The notes under the pieces were generated by a model. It was given only the letters and a program-made list of their open reading frames with translations. It was not told the DNA's origin and did no database searches. From Octopus sinensis (Eukaryota): a stretch of 64,000 nt of DNA. The first letter of the stretch is position 1, and every line of letters starts with the position of its first letter. The translations under genes and the position numbers were made by a program. The DNA lies in the NCBI RefSeq assembly GCF_006345805.1, contig NC_042999.1, positions 34,286,001-34,350,000 of the forward strand. The letters are read 5' to 3'. Of this stretch, positions 1 through 12,469 are shown piece by piece.

Positions 1-720
1 ACGGACTTAAATTTCACTTTCTAAATTTAAGTAGGCACTGAGATAAAGCAAAATTATTAGAATAATTTCCCTGTTAGCCAAGCAAAGTTTGCATCGTCTG
101 CTTCCATTGGAATATGGACGAGACTATCCCAGGAGCTTCCATTTAGTCCTGTATAGCGTTTCCTCTTCCTTTGAACTCCATAGCTGGTCAATCCCTCAAT
201 ATTACGCATCTGGAATCATAAACGTGAACTTATGATTAGTTATTCAGAGCTCAAAGGGCCCCACCGTTGCTCCATATTTTCATTGCTGTGTTCCTACGGT
301 ATTAGTGCTGCTACCGCTGCTATTGCCGAACAGCATACCGCCTCATAGTCCACGGCCTTGGAGTTGCATCGAGAGGGCACTCGTTAATAAATCTTCGTGA
401 ACATTCTATCTTTGTGCAGGGTGTAGGAACGGTCACTATTATCTTTTTAGATTGAGCTCACTGATGAATGAGACTTAAGTTCTCTCTACTAAATATTCGT
501 CCGTATCTATAGGAATAAGTGAAGTACTTATCTGCTAATCTTAGATACCACCCGCACGGGTTTTGGCGTTGAGTGATAAGTGTAGGGCAAAACCTTTTGT
601 TGACTACTAAACAACCTTAACCAACGTCTACATAAAATATTACTGCTCAAAAAGTTTTTGTAGGATTTATGGACATCTGAATGATTATATGTGCGTGTGC
701 GCGCGCGCCTGTGTGTAACT

Positions 721-1085
721 ATGGGCAAATGTCTTCTATTATAACTGCAAACCGACCAGAACCTTGTGAATGAATCTGGTAGACCGAAACTCTGTGTGTG
801 TGTATCTCTGCTTGTCCCCAATCACTGCTTGAAAGCCACATACTTTCAGGTTCAGTTTCATTACGTGGTACATTAGGTAAGTGCCTTCTTCTGTAGCCTC
901 GTGCGATCCATGTCATGCAAGGGGATTTTGGTATAAGGAGTACCTGAAATATGCCCGACGTATGTACATGTACGTTTGTGTGTGTCTGTGTGTTTGTGTG
1001 TGTATGTGTGTGCGTGATTGTGTCTGTATTTGTCCCCTACTACGGCTTGACAACCGGTATTGGTGTGCTTCGGCAAAGGAGAATC
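721..1085 (+). mobile_element. Degenerate fragments of tRNA/CORE-type SINE (family B)
   Basis: GGGCAAATGTCTTCTATTATA...GGTAGACCGAAACT and CTTGACAACCGG...TTCGGCAAA resemble the better-preserved copies at 18898-19320 and 42368-42803. Confidence 0.5.
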
Positions 1086-1784
1086 ATTAATGAAAAAAAC
1101 GTTTAAAGTTGTATACACACTTACACAAAAGCACACACAGGAGGCGGAGCTGAAAAGTTCCTGGAGTTACGGGGGTCGCAAAAGGCCTAGTTGGGGGGCC
1201 CACCACCATAGATGTTTTACAGGGTTTAGGAAAATTGAAGGGCCGCTGTAATACGTGTGTATCTGTTACAATGGAAATGATACACCCCTCCCGCGGGTCA
1301 AGTGATATGTGGGAGCGACTATAAAGTGAGCCGACATCAACCACTACAGTGTCGTGTATGACTTCTGAGTTAGAGTTAAGCGTCAGTTTCGCGTTATATT
1401 CGAGTTCGAGTCACAGTTAAGTTAGACGTTTCAAATTCGGTGTCTTGCAGAGCTATCAGTAATAACACGATAGACGAAGCGTTGTATTGCCATTCCGGTA
1501 TAGAAAGACGCTATTCGATACCATGAAAATATCGTGCGCACACACACATATAATCATTCAGATGTCCATAAATATCATGAAAATACACGACAGAATAGCT
1601 ACGATCACAACAGCGGAGACACATTATAACTGCGGGGAACACAAACAATTCACGTAGACGACATCAAAACAACGTTTTTCACGCGAAGGAATTGGAAAAC
1701 AAAATTCACGTGGAGAAATTAACAACTCGATAGAGGAGTAACAAACGTTTTTTTGTACACATTTTACGAAAAGTCCGTAAAATA

Positions 1785-2300
1785 ATGGAAAACATGGCGG
1801 GGTTAATTGAGTTGCAAAAACAGCGACAACAACAACTCAAAGGACAACAAGAACAACAACAAATGTTAAAGCAACAAATACTACAACTAATGAAGTAGCG
1901 AATTCAATAAATGAATTTAAATATGACCAAAAAGAAATTGTCGCCTCCGAGGCATATTACCGAAGACTCCAACAAATTCACGAAAAAGAATGTCAAGGTT
2001 GGACTGGCGAAAAAGAATGTCATGGTTGCACTGACGAAATGAAAACGCGTCTAATTTTGAGGAAACTGGTGAGAACAGAGCACGAAAATTACAATAGCTT
2101 TATACTGCCTAAAATATCTGACATATATTTTACGGGCAGAATTGGCATTTTATATAAGATGTTCAGTGAAAAATCATGGTTGTTCAGCACACGTTGGAAG
2201 TGTCTGAACATACAGAAAAACGATGACGCACACTTTACCACATGCAAACTTTACTACGCTGACTGAACAGGAAATGCGAGTGGTTTAATATGTCGGTCGA
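1785..2300 (+). pseudogene. Ty3/Gypsy (K02A2.6-like) gag relic
   Basis: Translation ...EMKTRLILRKLVRTEHENYNSFILPK...LYKMFSEKSWLFSTRWKCLNIQKNDDAHFTT resembles gag of K02A2.6-type LTR elements; frameshifts and stops; sequence switches to mariner after ~2330. Confidence 0.7.
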
Positions 2301-2394
2301 AATTATTAAAGAAAAATGTACTTTCGAAGGGAGTGGTGTTAATGTTGGTGGAGGTAACAACAATGTAAAAAAGAATTTCGGGATTGACATCTAT

Positions 2395-2910
2395 TCTCTC
2401 CATTGTCGCGAAGTCGTTTCACCCTTTTTGGATAGATTTGTGACAAGTGACGAAAAGTGGATCTTCTATCGAAATGTTAAACGTCGTAAACAGTGGTTTG
2501 GTAAAAGGGGAACCACGACTGAGAATGGAACTTCATGGGAAAAAGTTTCATCTCTCTATCTGTTGGGATTGCAAAGTAGTAACTCACTTTGAATTGTTAC
2601 GACCTAATGCAACAATCAATGCTCAAGTCTAAAGTCAGGAATTAGAGCGTTTGAACCAAAAAAATATCCGCTTTAATGAAGCGAAAAGGCGTGATGTTTC
2701 ATCAGGTCAATGCGTGAAGCCACACTGCAAAAATCACATCATAGAAGATCGAAGAGCTTGGTTAGGAAAAAATTCCTCATCCACCTTATTCTCCTGATCT
2801 TCCTCCTTCAGACTACCATTTGTTTTGTAGTTTACAGAACTATTTGGGGGACATAACTTTCCCAAGCCAGGAGGAGGATGAAACTAACATTTCAGCCATT
2901 ATTTACAACT
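2395..2910 (+). mobile_element. Mariner transposase relic (catalytic half)
   Basis: FLDRFVTSDEKWIFYRNVKRR, HGKKFHLSICWDCKVVTHFELL, MFHQVNA, HPPYSPDLPPSDYHLF motifs across frameshifts. Confidence 0.9.
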
Positions 2911-3024
2911 GAAGGGTATTTGGCATAATATTGTAAGTTGTTAACACAACGTTCTAGCTGATATACCCTCCAACCTTCATCGGGTGTCTTGGAGAAATTT
3001 CGAACTTGGGTTCTCATTATTAAG

Positions 3025-3640
3025 TTATTATTATTATTATTATTATTATTATTGCTTTTGCACAGCTTCTAACGCTGGAGATGTTCTAGAGTGTCAGCTG
3101 TTCCCTACCAGTGAACTAAGGTAGCACCTCTTATTTATCGAGCACCTTCCGGAGTATTCGAGCGGTTCCAAGCAGTGCTGATATTGCAGCCCCTACTTGT
3201 TCCACGTACTTCTCGAGATTTTTGCTCACTGTTTACAGGGCTCCGACAATTATTGGCACTACTGTTACCTTTTTCATCGACCACAACTGCTTAATATCCC
3301 AAGCTAACCTGTCATATCTTTCAACTTTTCTTTCTTCCTTATCCTTATTGTCAGCTGGGCATGCTATATCTATGATCCAGCATAGTTTGTTTTCTTTCTC
3401 AGTTAAGACTATGTCCGGCTTCCTATTCTCTATCTCCTGATCGCACTGAATCATGAAATCCCAAAGGATCTTTGCAGTTCTATTTCGACAGTGCTGTCAG
3501 GCTTGTGGTGGTATCAATTTTTTGCTCTGTCAAGCCCATTCTTGTTGCAGAGTGTCCAATGGACAATCCTGGATATACCGCCGTAGCGTCTCTTATATTC
3601 TTTCTGGGCTAGTGGCGTACATTGGCTGGTAATATGCCAT
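3025..3640 (-). mobile_element. 3' end of REL-endonuclease non-LTR retrotransposon (R4/Dong-like)
   Basis: HITSQCTPLAQKEYKRR...IVHWTLC, then RKPDIVL...IIDIACPAD...KVERYDRLAWDIKQLW...VVPIIVGAL (PD..D REL domain); short 3' UTR ending in (TAA)n at 3025-3053. Confidence 0.85.
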
Positions 3641-3876
3641 ACGTATTTCTTTACTACCCACAAGGGGCTAAACACAGAGGAGACAAACAAGGAAAGACAG
3701 ACGGATTAAGTCGATTATATCAACTCCAGTGCGTAACTGGAACTTAATTTCTTGACCCCGAAAGGATGAAAGCCAAAGTCGACCTCGGCGGAATTTGAAC
3801 TCAGAACGTAATGGCAGAGGAAATACGGCTACGCATTTCGCCTGGCGTGCTAACGGTTCTGCCAGCTCGCCACCTT
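3641..3876 (-). mobile_element. tRNA-derived SINE (family A, Meta-like central domain)
   Basis: Reverse strand GGCGAGCTGGCAGAA...GAGTTCAAATTCCGCCGAGGTCGACTTTGGCTTTCATCCTTTCGGGGTCAAGAAA; near-identical copies elsewhere; TAATATGCC flanks both sides. Confidence 0.85.
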
Positions 3877-4135
3877 AATATGCCGTAAAATGCCATACAG
3901 TTATATAACCCTATCGCTTCTGTCTAGTCATGAACGACTCATTAATTAATAGTCTGTTAAAAATTGTAGTAACTATATTGGGGTTTTCTGCGCTGGGCCT
4001 AAAATTCAATGTGGAAATGAAAGAGCGCATGTGTTTAGATAAAATATATATTTATAAATAACAATAGTAATAAAGTATCATTTAATATGTGATTTATCTA
4101 AACTTGGAGGAACTCAAATGCCCAAATAGGTATAC

Positions 4136-4144
<9 letters not shown>

Positions 4145-4202
<58 letters not shown>
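4145..4202. repeat. (TG)n microsatellite, one example of many (TA)n/(CA)n/(TG)n tracts throughout the window
   Basis: Direct reading. Confidence 0.95.
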
Positions 4203-4203
<1 letters not shown>

Positions 4204-4511
4204 ATTTGCGCACACATGAGTATTTTCTCAATCTACTTGCCTGCAACTATACGACGATGCCATGTATGTGTCTCTCTTATTTGAATCTTTGAATTCTTTA
4301 ATTTATTGGTTATTTTGTATTGTAAATGTACAATATCCTCTGAATATTTTAACAACAGACTTTTCAGTAATGTATCGTCACAAATATCCTCGTGTATTCT
4401 CATACGATTCTCTACTAAAAAATATTTTGTTATATGTTGCCTATTTTATTTGCTATTGTTAACTATATTTGTCTGCTTGCACAAACAAAGCAGAATCAGA
4501 TTATATACCTA

Positions 4512-4877
4512 TTTATTTACTACCCACAAGGGACTAAATACAGAGAGGACAAACAAGGACATACAAACGGTTTAAGTCGATCACATCGACCCCAGTGCGT
4601 AACTGGAACTTATTTTATCAACCCCGACAGGATGAAAGGCAAAGTCGACCTCGGCGGAATTTGAACTGAGAACATAACGGCAGACAAAATACGGCTACGC
4701 ATTTCGCCTGGCGAGCTAACGTTTCTGCCAGCTCGCCGCCTTTGAATCAGATTAAATACCTATTTCTTTACTACCCACAAGGGGCTAAACACAGAGGGGA
4801 CAAACAAGGACAGACAGACGGATTAAGTCGATTACAACAACCCCAGTGCGTAACTGGTACTTATTTCATCGACCCCG
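4512..4877 (-). mobile_element. SINE family A: full copy (4512-4741) plus adjacent 5'-truncated copy (4757-4877)
   Basis: High identity to 3641-3876; GAATCAGATTA and GATTAAATACC repeated at the junctions. Confidence 0.85.
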
Positions 4878-4979
4878 ATTAAATACCATTGAACCTCCCA
4901 CCCAACTTCGGCATGATTAAGGCCAGAATATAACCAAAACTGATAAAGTAGCAGTAGTTGACGACAACAACAGCAGTGT

Positions 4980-5160
4980 GCAGGCGAAATGACCCAGTGG
5001 ATAGGGCTGCGGACTCGCGGTCGTAAGAACGCGGTTTCGATTCCCGGTCCGGGCTTTGTGAGTGTTTATTGAGCAAAAACACCCTAAGCTCCACGAGGAT
5101 CAGGTGGCTGGGGGGGGGGGGAACCCACTGTACTCTTTCACCACAACTCTCTCTCACTCT
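4980..5160 (+). mobile_element. tRNA-headed SINE (family C), partial
   Basis: GGCGAAATGACCCAGTGG...GGTTTCGATTCCC head (A/B-box-like) and body matching 47550-47933. Confidence 0.75.
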
Positions 5161-5499
5161 TTCTACATACTTCTGTCACAAAGCAGAGGAACCATGGTGT
5201 AACCCACTATAGTGTGGTAAATTTTCAAACCCTAGTCTAGATTGCGAATCGTCCGTACCCCAGGTTGGTTCAGCTCTCCACCCGTTAAAAGCCACTGTTT
5301 ACAGAATGAGGATAACCTCGTAGCTTTCGCGCTCGTGCAACCGTCAGTCTATCGCGGGTGGATGGTGGATCTTCAAGGTGCCACACACATTCCTAGTAGC
5401 TCAAAGTAGGTTCGAATTAGAGATTATTCTTTGTGGCTAATGGAGTGAGTCCTTATTGGAAAGAGAAGAACAACAACACCAGCAGTATAAAAACAAAGA

Positions 5500-7370
5500 A
5501 AGGATACAATGCCGACACAATAACTAGTCTGACACGGAAATACTCGACATTCTCATTAACTCATGGTTCATTCTTTCCCAAACTGAAAACATTCACGCCT
5601 CACGTGTAAATCTCATAGCCAAAAGCGTTGTTGATCTTTTTAATAAAAGCCAAGAGATACAAATTCCAAACAAAGTAAAGCAAATTGCTACCTCATACCT
5701 ATTTCTTTACTACCCACAAGGGGATAAACACAGAGAGGACTAACAAGGACAGACAACGGAGTAAGTCGATTATATCGACCCAGTGCGTAACTGGTAGTTA
5801 ATTTATCGACCCCGAAAGGATGAAAGGCAAAGTCGGCCTCGGCGGAATTTGAACTCTGAACGTTACGGCAGACGAAATACGGCTACGCATTTCGCCCGGC
5901 GAGCTAACGTTTCTGCCAGCTTGCCGTACCATAATCACCCACGTAAATAAACTCACTCAAATCAACCTACTTCAGCCCAAGATGAGCAGAAGTGACAAAA
6001 ACAACAACTACAACAATGACCATATCAGCAGCAAAAAGCCGACAACAACAATTCCAACTATTACAACAGCAACCACAACGACAGCAATGTCTTCTAAGGA
6101 GTCATACCACAATAGACCATCATCATCATCACTACTACCGTCGTCAAATACCATTTCTTCATTTTCTTGATCGTCTGCTTCTTCTTCTCCTCCTCATTGA
6201 CCAACCTTAATCAATCCATTCTAACCTTAGGAGTGATCAACTTAACTACTACTCTTTTCTCCCTCTCATATCATTACTTACTCATTGTGAACACTACCAA
6301 GCTCAAAATCTATAGGAGCACTAATGTTTTAGACAACCGACAAAACCACAACTTCAGCTCCGTACGCCCTTCTAATTTTATCCAACCTGGCAAAAGTGAT
6401 TCGGAAAAGAATCTGAGCTATCACGCAGCACCTGCACCGGTCACTACCCAAGTGCAGAAACAACCTTCCTCACTGCCAGTAAGTTATATGTCTCTTTGAA
6501 GCACTATTCCAGCCTCCAATTTTTGTTTGATGACTGCACAAGGCATCAATAGACTATTTGATTCAGAATGATGGACGATTCAATGCATTGAAGATTGATG
6601 TTGCCAACAATCCTCATCCCACTTCTTTCTTAGCTCTTATTGAGTCCCCCCTTAAAAAGTCTCGCTTGGAATTGGTGATATTCCTCATTTGGAACCTGAT
6701 GTAAAAGTGAGATATAATACCACCATTCGTGGAGACTGTACCGGTAGGAGAAAGGGGGAGTTGATATTTTCTACACAGCTCATTTACCACAGACACAAAT
6801 GTATCATTCTCCAACACCTATTGTGAACGAGAGTATATGTACAACCAATCTAGTGATTTAGCAACGACTGGGCTCCACAGACCAACCCAATCGCCATTGT
6901 CGTCCTTCAAAGAATGACCCGTGAAGAACAAGATCTTCATTCAACAATGTCAATTTGATAGTGCTTTAATAATAGGTGACTTTAATTTTCGACTAGGTGG
7001 AGTGGTGTACGCATATCTTGAAGAGAGGTGGGTACAATTCAACCCTAGGGAAGATAGCTGTGGAATCACTACAGAAATTCACAGACGAATTTTTCCCACC
7101 CCAATGAAGTTCAGCAGAAACTTATTGGAACTAGTGTTTAGAAATCACATTAACACTATCCATAATATTGGAATGGAAAAAAAAACTCTGCTTTCTGACC
7201 ACGATATTGTTTTCTGTAGCTTGCGATTCTGACAACCCAAAGTGACACAGAACGATCTCAGTCGAGCACAACATGATCCACAAAATGCTAACTGGAGGGC
7301 AATTATTCACTATCTTTCACTAGTAGGCTGGCCTTCCATTCACTCTCTAGTGCTTTGCAAAATGCAGTTA
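5500..7370 (+). pseudogene. Degraded LINE (CR1/L2-type): ORF1 remnant and AP-endonuclease domain
   Basis: TIRGDCTGRRKGGVDIF, ALIIGDFNF, NLLELVF, LLSDHDIVF motifs, then NANWRAI similar to KANWKSI in the 58.5-60.7 kb ORF2. Confidence 0.7.
5697..5926 (-). mobile_element. SINE family A
   Basis: Near-identical to 3641-3876. Confidence 0.85.
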
Positions 7371-9639
7371 AATATGTCTCTCTTCGTCAATTTTACAAAG
7401 ATTACTTCTTGCCAACTCTGACACTTTATGCGAACGCCGTCAGCAATTAATCGAACTTTTCAGTTCAGTCAATATACAGTGTTGTCACCATGTTTGAGCG
7501 TTTCTGCGGTGATTTCATCCAATCGAACAGCTTTGTTGTTTTTCTGATACAGTTTCGTTAAATAACGCTATTTCAGAAATAAATTTGTTAAATAAGAATT
7601 GCTTCCCTATGACGTTTCAGTAAATGAGACTTAGTTTCCTATTCAGATTAGCTAAATGAGACGCGCTGCTTTATATATATTTTTAATTGGGTATAATCTT
7701 GTTGAATGTATTGCATATATGCATTATACATTAATGTGTCACATATTTTTCAACATAATGAAAGGTAGTTAAATATTTAGTTCCATTTTAGCTTATTTTT
7801 TATTCGCAAGCTATTTTTTAATGTCTGTTCGTTGCTGTTCTGCTTTATTCCTAAGCACGCCACCATCTATCTTTGCTAGAAGAATTTTTTCTGTATTGTT
7901 TCTTAATATAATTTAGTGTTAAAAATTTACATAAGTCTTGTTTTTCTTTGAGTTGCCAATTGGTCTTGGCACATATTCGGAATCTTCATTTTATGCCAGT
8001 TTCCCTCTTGAATTATATTCATTATATGAACTACCCGAAGCAATTGTTCTACCTTTTTTTTATTTTGTTTTGTTTTTTGTCTCGCGAATGGAAACCGATA
8101 ATATACACAAGTAAGTTCATAATTACCATTCCATGGCAGTTTTGCCTTCGGTTATAAGACATGCAGATAAAACATGTCAATGTAGATAAAAATGTGCAGT
8201 ACAGACGAGAAATAAAAAGGGAGAAAGGGAAAATATAAATATAAGGGTGAATACAAATCTCATTGGCATTCTTTCAGTATTAACTTATCCGCTGTTTCAT
8301 CTAGGTAACTAAAGAGCATTTAATCAATGCATATTTAAAGTCAGAGCAATCGTATATGGCAAATATAATCAAACGACTAGTAATTTATATTTATATTTAT
8401 ATTTATATTTTACAGCCTAAGCGATAGAACGTCGTCAAATGCATTTTATAATTAATCAATGACGTAGTCATATCAGCAATCAACCACATGTATACACATT
8501 GAGGCAGGTGCTATGCTAATTTGTTTTTTTTTTTCTTTTTCTATATACAAGTGAAATTTTTATCGGAAGTCTTGGTTCTAAAGCATTCCACTATCTCACT
8601 TAGAGCTCTAGAATTTACATCATACCAATGTACATGGGACGAAGAGTAATAGGAATAAAAATTAAGATATCCCACACGAATTTGATTTAGGGAGTTCGTG
8701 AAATGTGTTGAGCTGTAGGACCCTAGTGCGAGGCTAAACATAAAATGAATCTGAATGAACAATTAGTTTGGAATGTCATTGAATAATCTGATTCAGGCGG
8801 AGCCGGAGACATTGAACAATATATATCCAACCGTATAAATTCACAGAAGGGTAGAAAATGCCGATGGTAGGGGAGGGTACATGGCATAGTTGTCATAGCT
8901 TTAAAAGACCAGTCAGCTCAAAGCCTTCTGCACCACCAACAATAGAAAGTGACAGCAGAAAAAAGGCCTCCACTACTACAAATACCACACATATCAAAAG
9001 CAACAACATAAGCAGCAACTGCAACGTCAAGAACAAGAAGAGATAGAATCAACCGCAGTGAAAACGTAAGATAAAATTACTACAAGTGCTAATACATAAC
9101 TGACGACTGTGACAACAAAATCAACTGAAAGCAGCTAAGCAATCTCATAAAGAACAATAACAAGTCAAAATATACATACATATCTCCACCTCAGACCACT
9201 CAGTGTATTGTGGGGTACGTGACGTAAGATATACAAAATGAACAATTGGCCAATAGAAAGAAATAACAAAACATCAGTCCAACAAACACAGTTAGAATAT
9301 TAAAATGAAAGATTATTTTGACAGCGATACCCCATCACTACCTCCAGTAGCAGTACCGGTACTAACAACACGATCGTCGTCAACACCACCACTACCGCAA
9401 CAGATATCACGCTCAATACAAATAGAAACAGAACCTAATTCATGCGCGCAGATCACCCAGAAGACTACCCTCAACACGAACACTAAACGAATCATTGCTG
9501 ACACTGCCAGAGACACAGGCGGCAACATGTAAAGGAATAATGTATATCAACATACAAACATCAGATAGCTAGATCACACAAACAGACGACATAGAGACAC
9601 ATATAAAAGTCTTCTGAATTGTATTAAATGATCTTTTCC

Positions 9640-10190
9640 GATTCGAGTAACCCAATGGGATAGAGTTGCGAACGAATATTAACAAAATACGATACAAATT
9701 GTCTGGGAAAACATCCCAATTTGTTAGTGGAACGGTGCATCTCACCTCCCTCGAAAATGCGCTAAGTTATCTTCCAACTTTCATCCTTATATCTAACGTA
9801 GCTTTACTTGCGCTATGCTGCATAGATGCATAAGGTCTTATCTCGCATTGACAGTAGGGTCAAATGCTCCGTGACATTAGGTCGACATAGCAGCAGCGAA
9901 ACCAGAATTTCCGATACCGATTCTTCACGTCCATATTCGAAGACTACGAGGCAGGCACTTCTCCAATCTGCCGGAGATAGAAATAAACAAGCGCAGTTAC
10001 GAGAGCGATTTCCACAGGTAACCATCGGATTCTGGAATTATCTTGGTTAACATTGTATTATTACAATGTTTTTGCTTTCATTTTGTTCCCGCATAACACA
10101 CCGTTGTCTTTTCCATAACTTTGTCCTTGAATGTACTCGACTTTGTGTGTTCCCCGGTGGCTAATAAAGAAGTCATTATCTTATCTATTA
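9640..10190 (+). mobile_element. Probable LINE 3' end
   Basis: LRERFPQVTIGFWNYL resembles the LINE ORF2 C-terminal F..R....WN.L motif, followed by GGTGGCTAATAAAGAAGTCATTATCTTATCT tail. Confidence 0.45.
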
Positions 10191-10617
10191 TGATTTATAA
10201 TTGTTGCTGTTTTTCATGTTGTTGTAGTTTTTGTTGGTTGTGGTGATGGTGGTGGTGATTATGGTGGTAGTTGTAATGTTGGTGTTATTTTGTTGTTGTA
10301 GTCATCATCATCTTTATTGTTGGTGTTGTAGATGTTATTATCATCTACTTACTTATTTAGTCCTTCGGTGTTTACCCGTCTCGTACAAGCGTCATTGTAG
10401 TTGACCAGGAGCAAGAAAATGATTAATTACTTCCTTCTACGAATAGATGGTGTCTCATTCAACATTACATTTCACCACCAAACAAGAGACATAAGTCATA
10501 TATGTAAGGCAAACTTGATATAAAAATGAAATGTAAATATAAAAGTACAGGGTGAATAATAAAATGAAAGTATAAAATATTTAGGCTAAAACAATATTAA
10601 TATTAATTTTCAGCTAG

Positions 10618-10990
10618 GAGGGCGAGCACGCCGGATGAAATGCTTAGTCCGATTTTACGTTCTGAGTTCAAATTCTCCCGAGGTCGACTTTGCCTTTTAT
10701 TCTTTCGGTTGATAAAATACGTACTAGTTGAGCAATGGCGTCTATTTAATCGACTTATCCCCTGCCCCGAACCTGTTGGCCTTGTGTCAAAATTTTAAAC
10801 CAGTATTAATTTTGAGCTTCTTAAGCGGCGAATTGGCGAAATTGTTTGCACGCCGGACAAAACGCTTAGTGGCGGTTTGTCTGTCTGTCTTTACGTTTGG
10901 AGATCAAATCCCGCCGAGGTTGACTGTTTTTTACCCTTTCGGGTAGTCGATGTGATCGACTTCGCCTGGCCCCCGAAATTGCTGACATCG
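10618..10990 (+). mobile_element. Two diverged SINE-A-related copies in tandem
   Basis: TTCTGAGTTCAAATTCTCCCGAGGTCGACTTTGCCTTT and CAAATCCCGCCGAGGTTGAC share the family A core. Confidence 0.6.
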
Positions 10991-11209
10991 TGCATAATTT
11001 GGAACTAATATTTATTTGGGCTTTAAATTTCACACGAATATGCATATGTCGGGGGGATATTTTCATAAATTGCACAGGCTGTCGAAAGAGCACATTTTGG
11101 CTCTGTACCTCTTCCTCTATTCAGAGTTTTCTTCATTTCCGTCATCATTGCAGACAATTACAAGAGGCCAAACAGAAGCATTGTGCCTTCATTTAATTCT
11201 TGACGATTA

Positions 11210-11440
11210 AGGATACAAGGTGTCTAACATCCACAGACGAATACAGGTTGCTTACGGAGATAACGCTCTAGAAAAACCAATGGGCAAAAATGAATGAAGT
11301 ATTTGAAAGAAGTGTAAACTACCATCGAAGAAATATTACGAAGTTGGAGACAGTCATGTGCGATCAGTGACGGAAATCGCCAGTGAATTGACGAAATGCT
11401 TTGTACAGACAGACGAGTCACAATCCTCCTGTTCAGCTGG
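11210..11440 (+). mobile_element. Mariner transposase N-terminal relic
   Basis: GYKVSNIHRRIQVAYGDNAL...IDEMLCTDRRVTI. Confidence 0.6.
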
Positions 11441-11769
11441 ATTATGGAATTACCAAAGACGGTGAAAGAAGTGGGTTACTGAAATTGTATGCAAAGTAGG
11501 TATCAGTTGGTACCGAATGTAATTGAGAGAGGAGTGGATGTTTGCTCTAATCTACTGGAAGCACCTGAAACCAATGAAAACAGGTTTACTTTTCCTTTTT
11601 TCTTTTCTTTTCCTTACTTATCTGTTGACAAAGTTATTTTAGACTAAAATGAGAAAGATAAGTGGGAATCACAAAATTTAAGAAACGCTACATTTATTTA
11701 CATAGTTAAATTGGAAGGAATCTTCGTCGTAGTTGCACTGTAATATTTATTGCTGTTTATTGAGTTTCT

Positions 11770-12460
11770 TGAAATGATTGTTCAGCTGGAGCACTTCATA
11801 TTAGAGCACTTGCTGGCTGACAAAGTCGTTAAGATTCCGGATGAAACGGTTTACATTCTGAGTAATGCCGCCCATGTTGGCTTTGCCTTTCTTCCTTTCG
11901 GAGTCAGTAAAGTAAGATCTAGTTGAACACTCATACCAATGTAATCGACTAAGTACCTTCCCCCAAATGTCATGCCTAGTGCGCCAGATGAATCCAAAGC
12001 TAATGAAGTGTATATGCCTTGCCCTAGATGCGGCAGCTGGCACTTTTGGAACGGAGATGTGGCCTCCATTTGTAGGTGCGGTATAACTCAATCGCAAATG
12101 ATGGTGCCAGACTCTTCAGTATCTACCATTCATATAACACTGTGTGTGCCTCACGTCTTTGCTCCAAGAAGTACGATCGTAGCTCCTTTACTCGCTCCCA
12201 GTGGCTCAGCAATGTTCCTCGTGTACTATCTCAGAATTACCTGCAGTTCAGCAATTTTTTAAAGGGTGAAAATTGGCCATAGTTGAGAATATTAATCTAG
12301 ACGGCTAAGGACAAATTTCCTGCAGAGGACTAGCACAGTTTCCTGGTGCCTCGTACTGATGTTTCTCGGAATCTGGCCATATATTGAACGTAGACCGAGG
12401 AGGAGGTGTCAGTAAGAACAATGAGCCCAATACAAAGTAGTCCGTGTAGAAGATATTGGA
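11770..12460 (-). mobile_element. RTE-clade LINE RT C-terminal relic
   Basis: Frameshifted segments resembling YLGS...D.SS..DV..R, ATV..LLYGAETW and TPKGRK..P..TW. Confidence 0.5.
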
Positions 12461-12469
12461 TGAAATTTT

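Noticed and set aside
447-500. CTCACTGATGAATGAGACTTAAGTTCTC, and similar CTGATGA/CTCATGA hits near 44290 (-) and 56240 (-)
   Set aside because: They lack a properly placed GAAA, stem III and NUH; at best unrecognisably decayed
1234-1530. Possible 5' LTR upstream of the Gypsy gag relic
   Set aside because: No second LTR, clear TG...CA ends or primer-binding site could be identified
8278-8304. 27-nt stretch bounded by CTTTCAG and GTAACT, a possible microexon
   Set aside because: Such splice-like pairs arise by chance in 64 kb; no other exon or expression evidence
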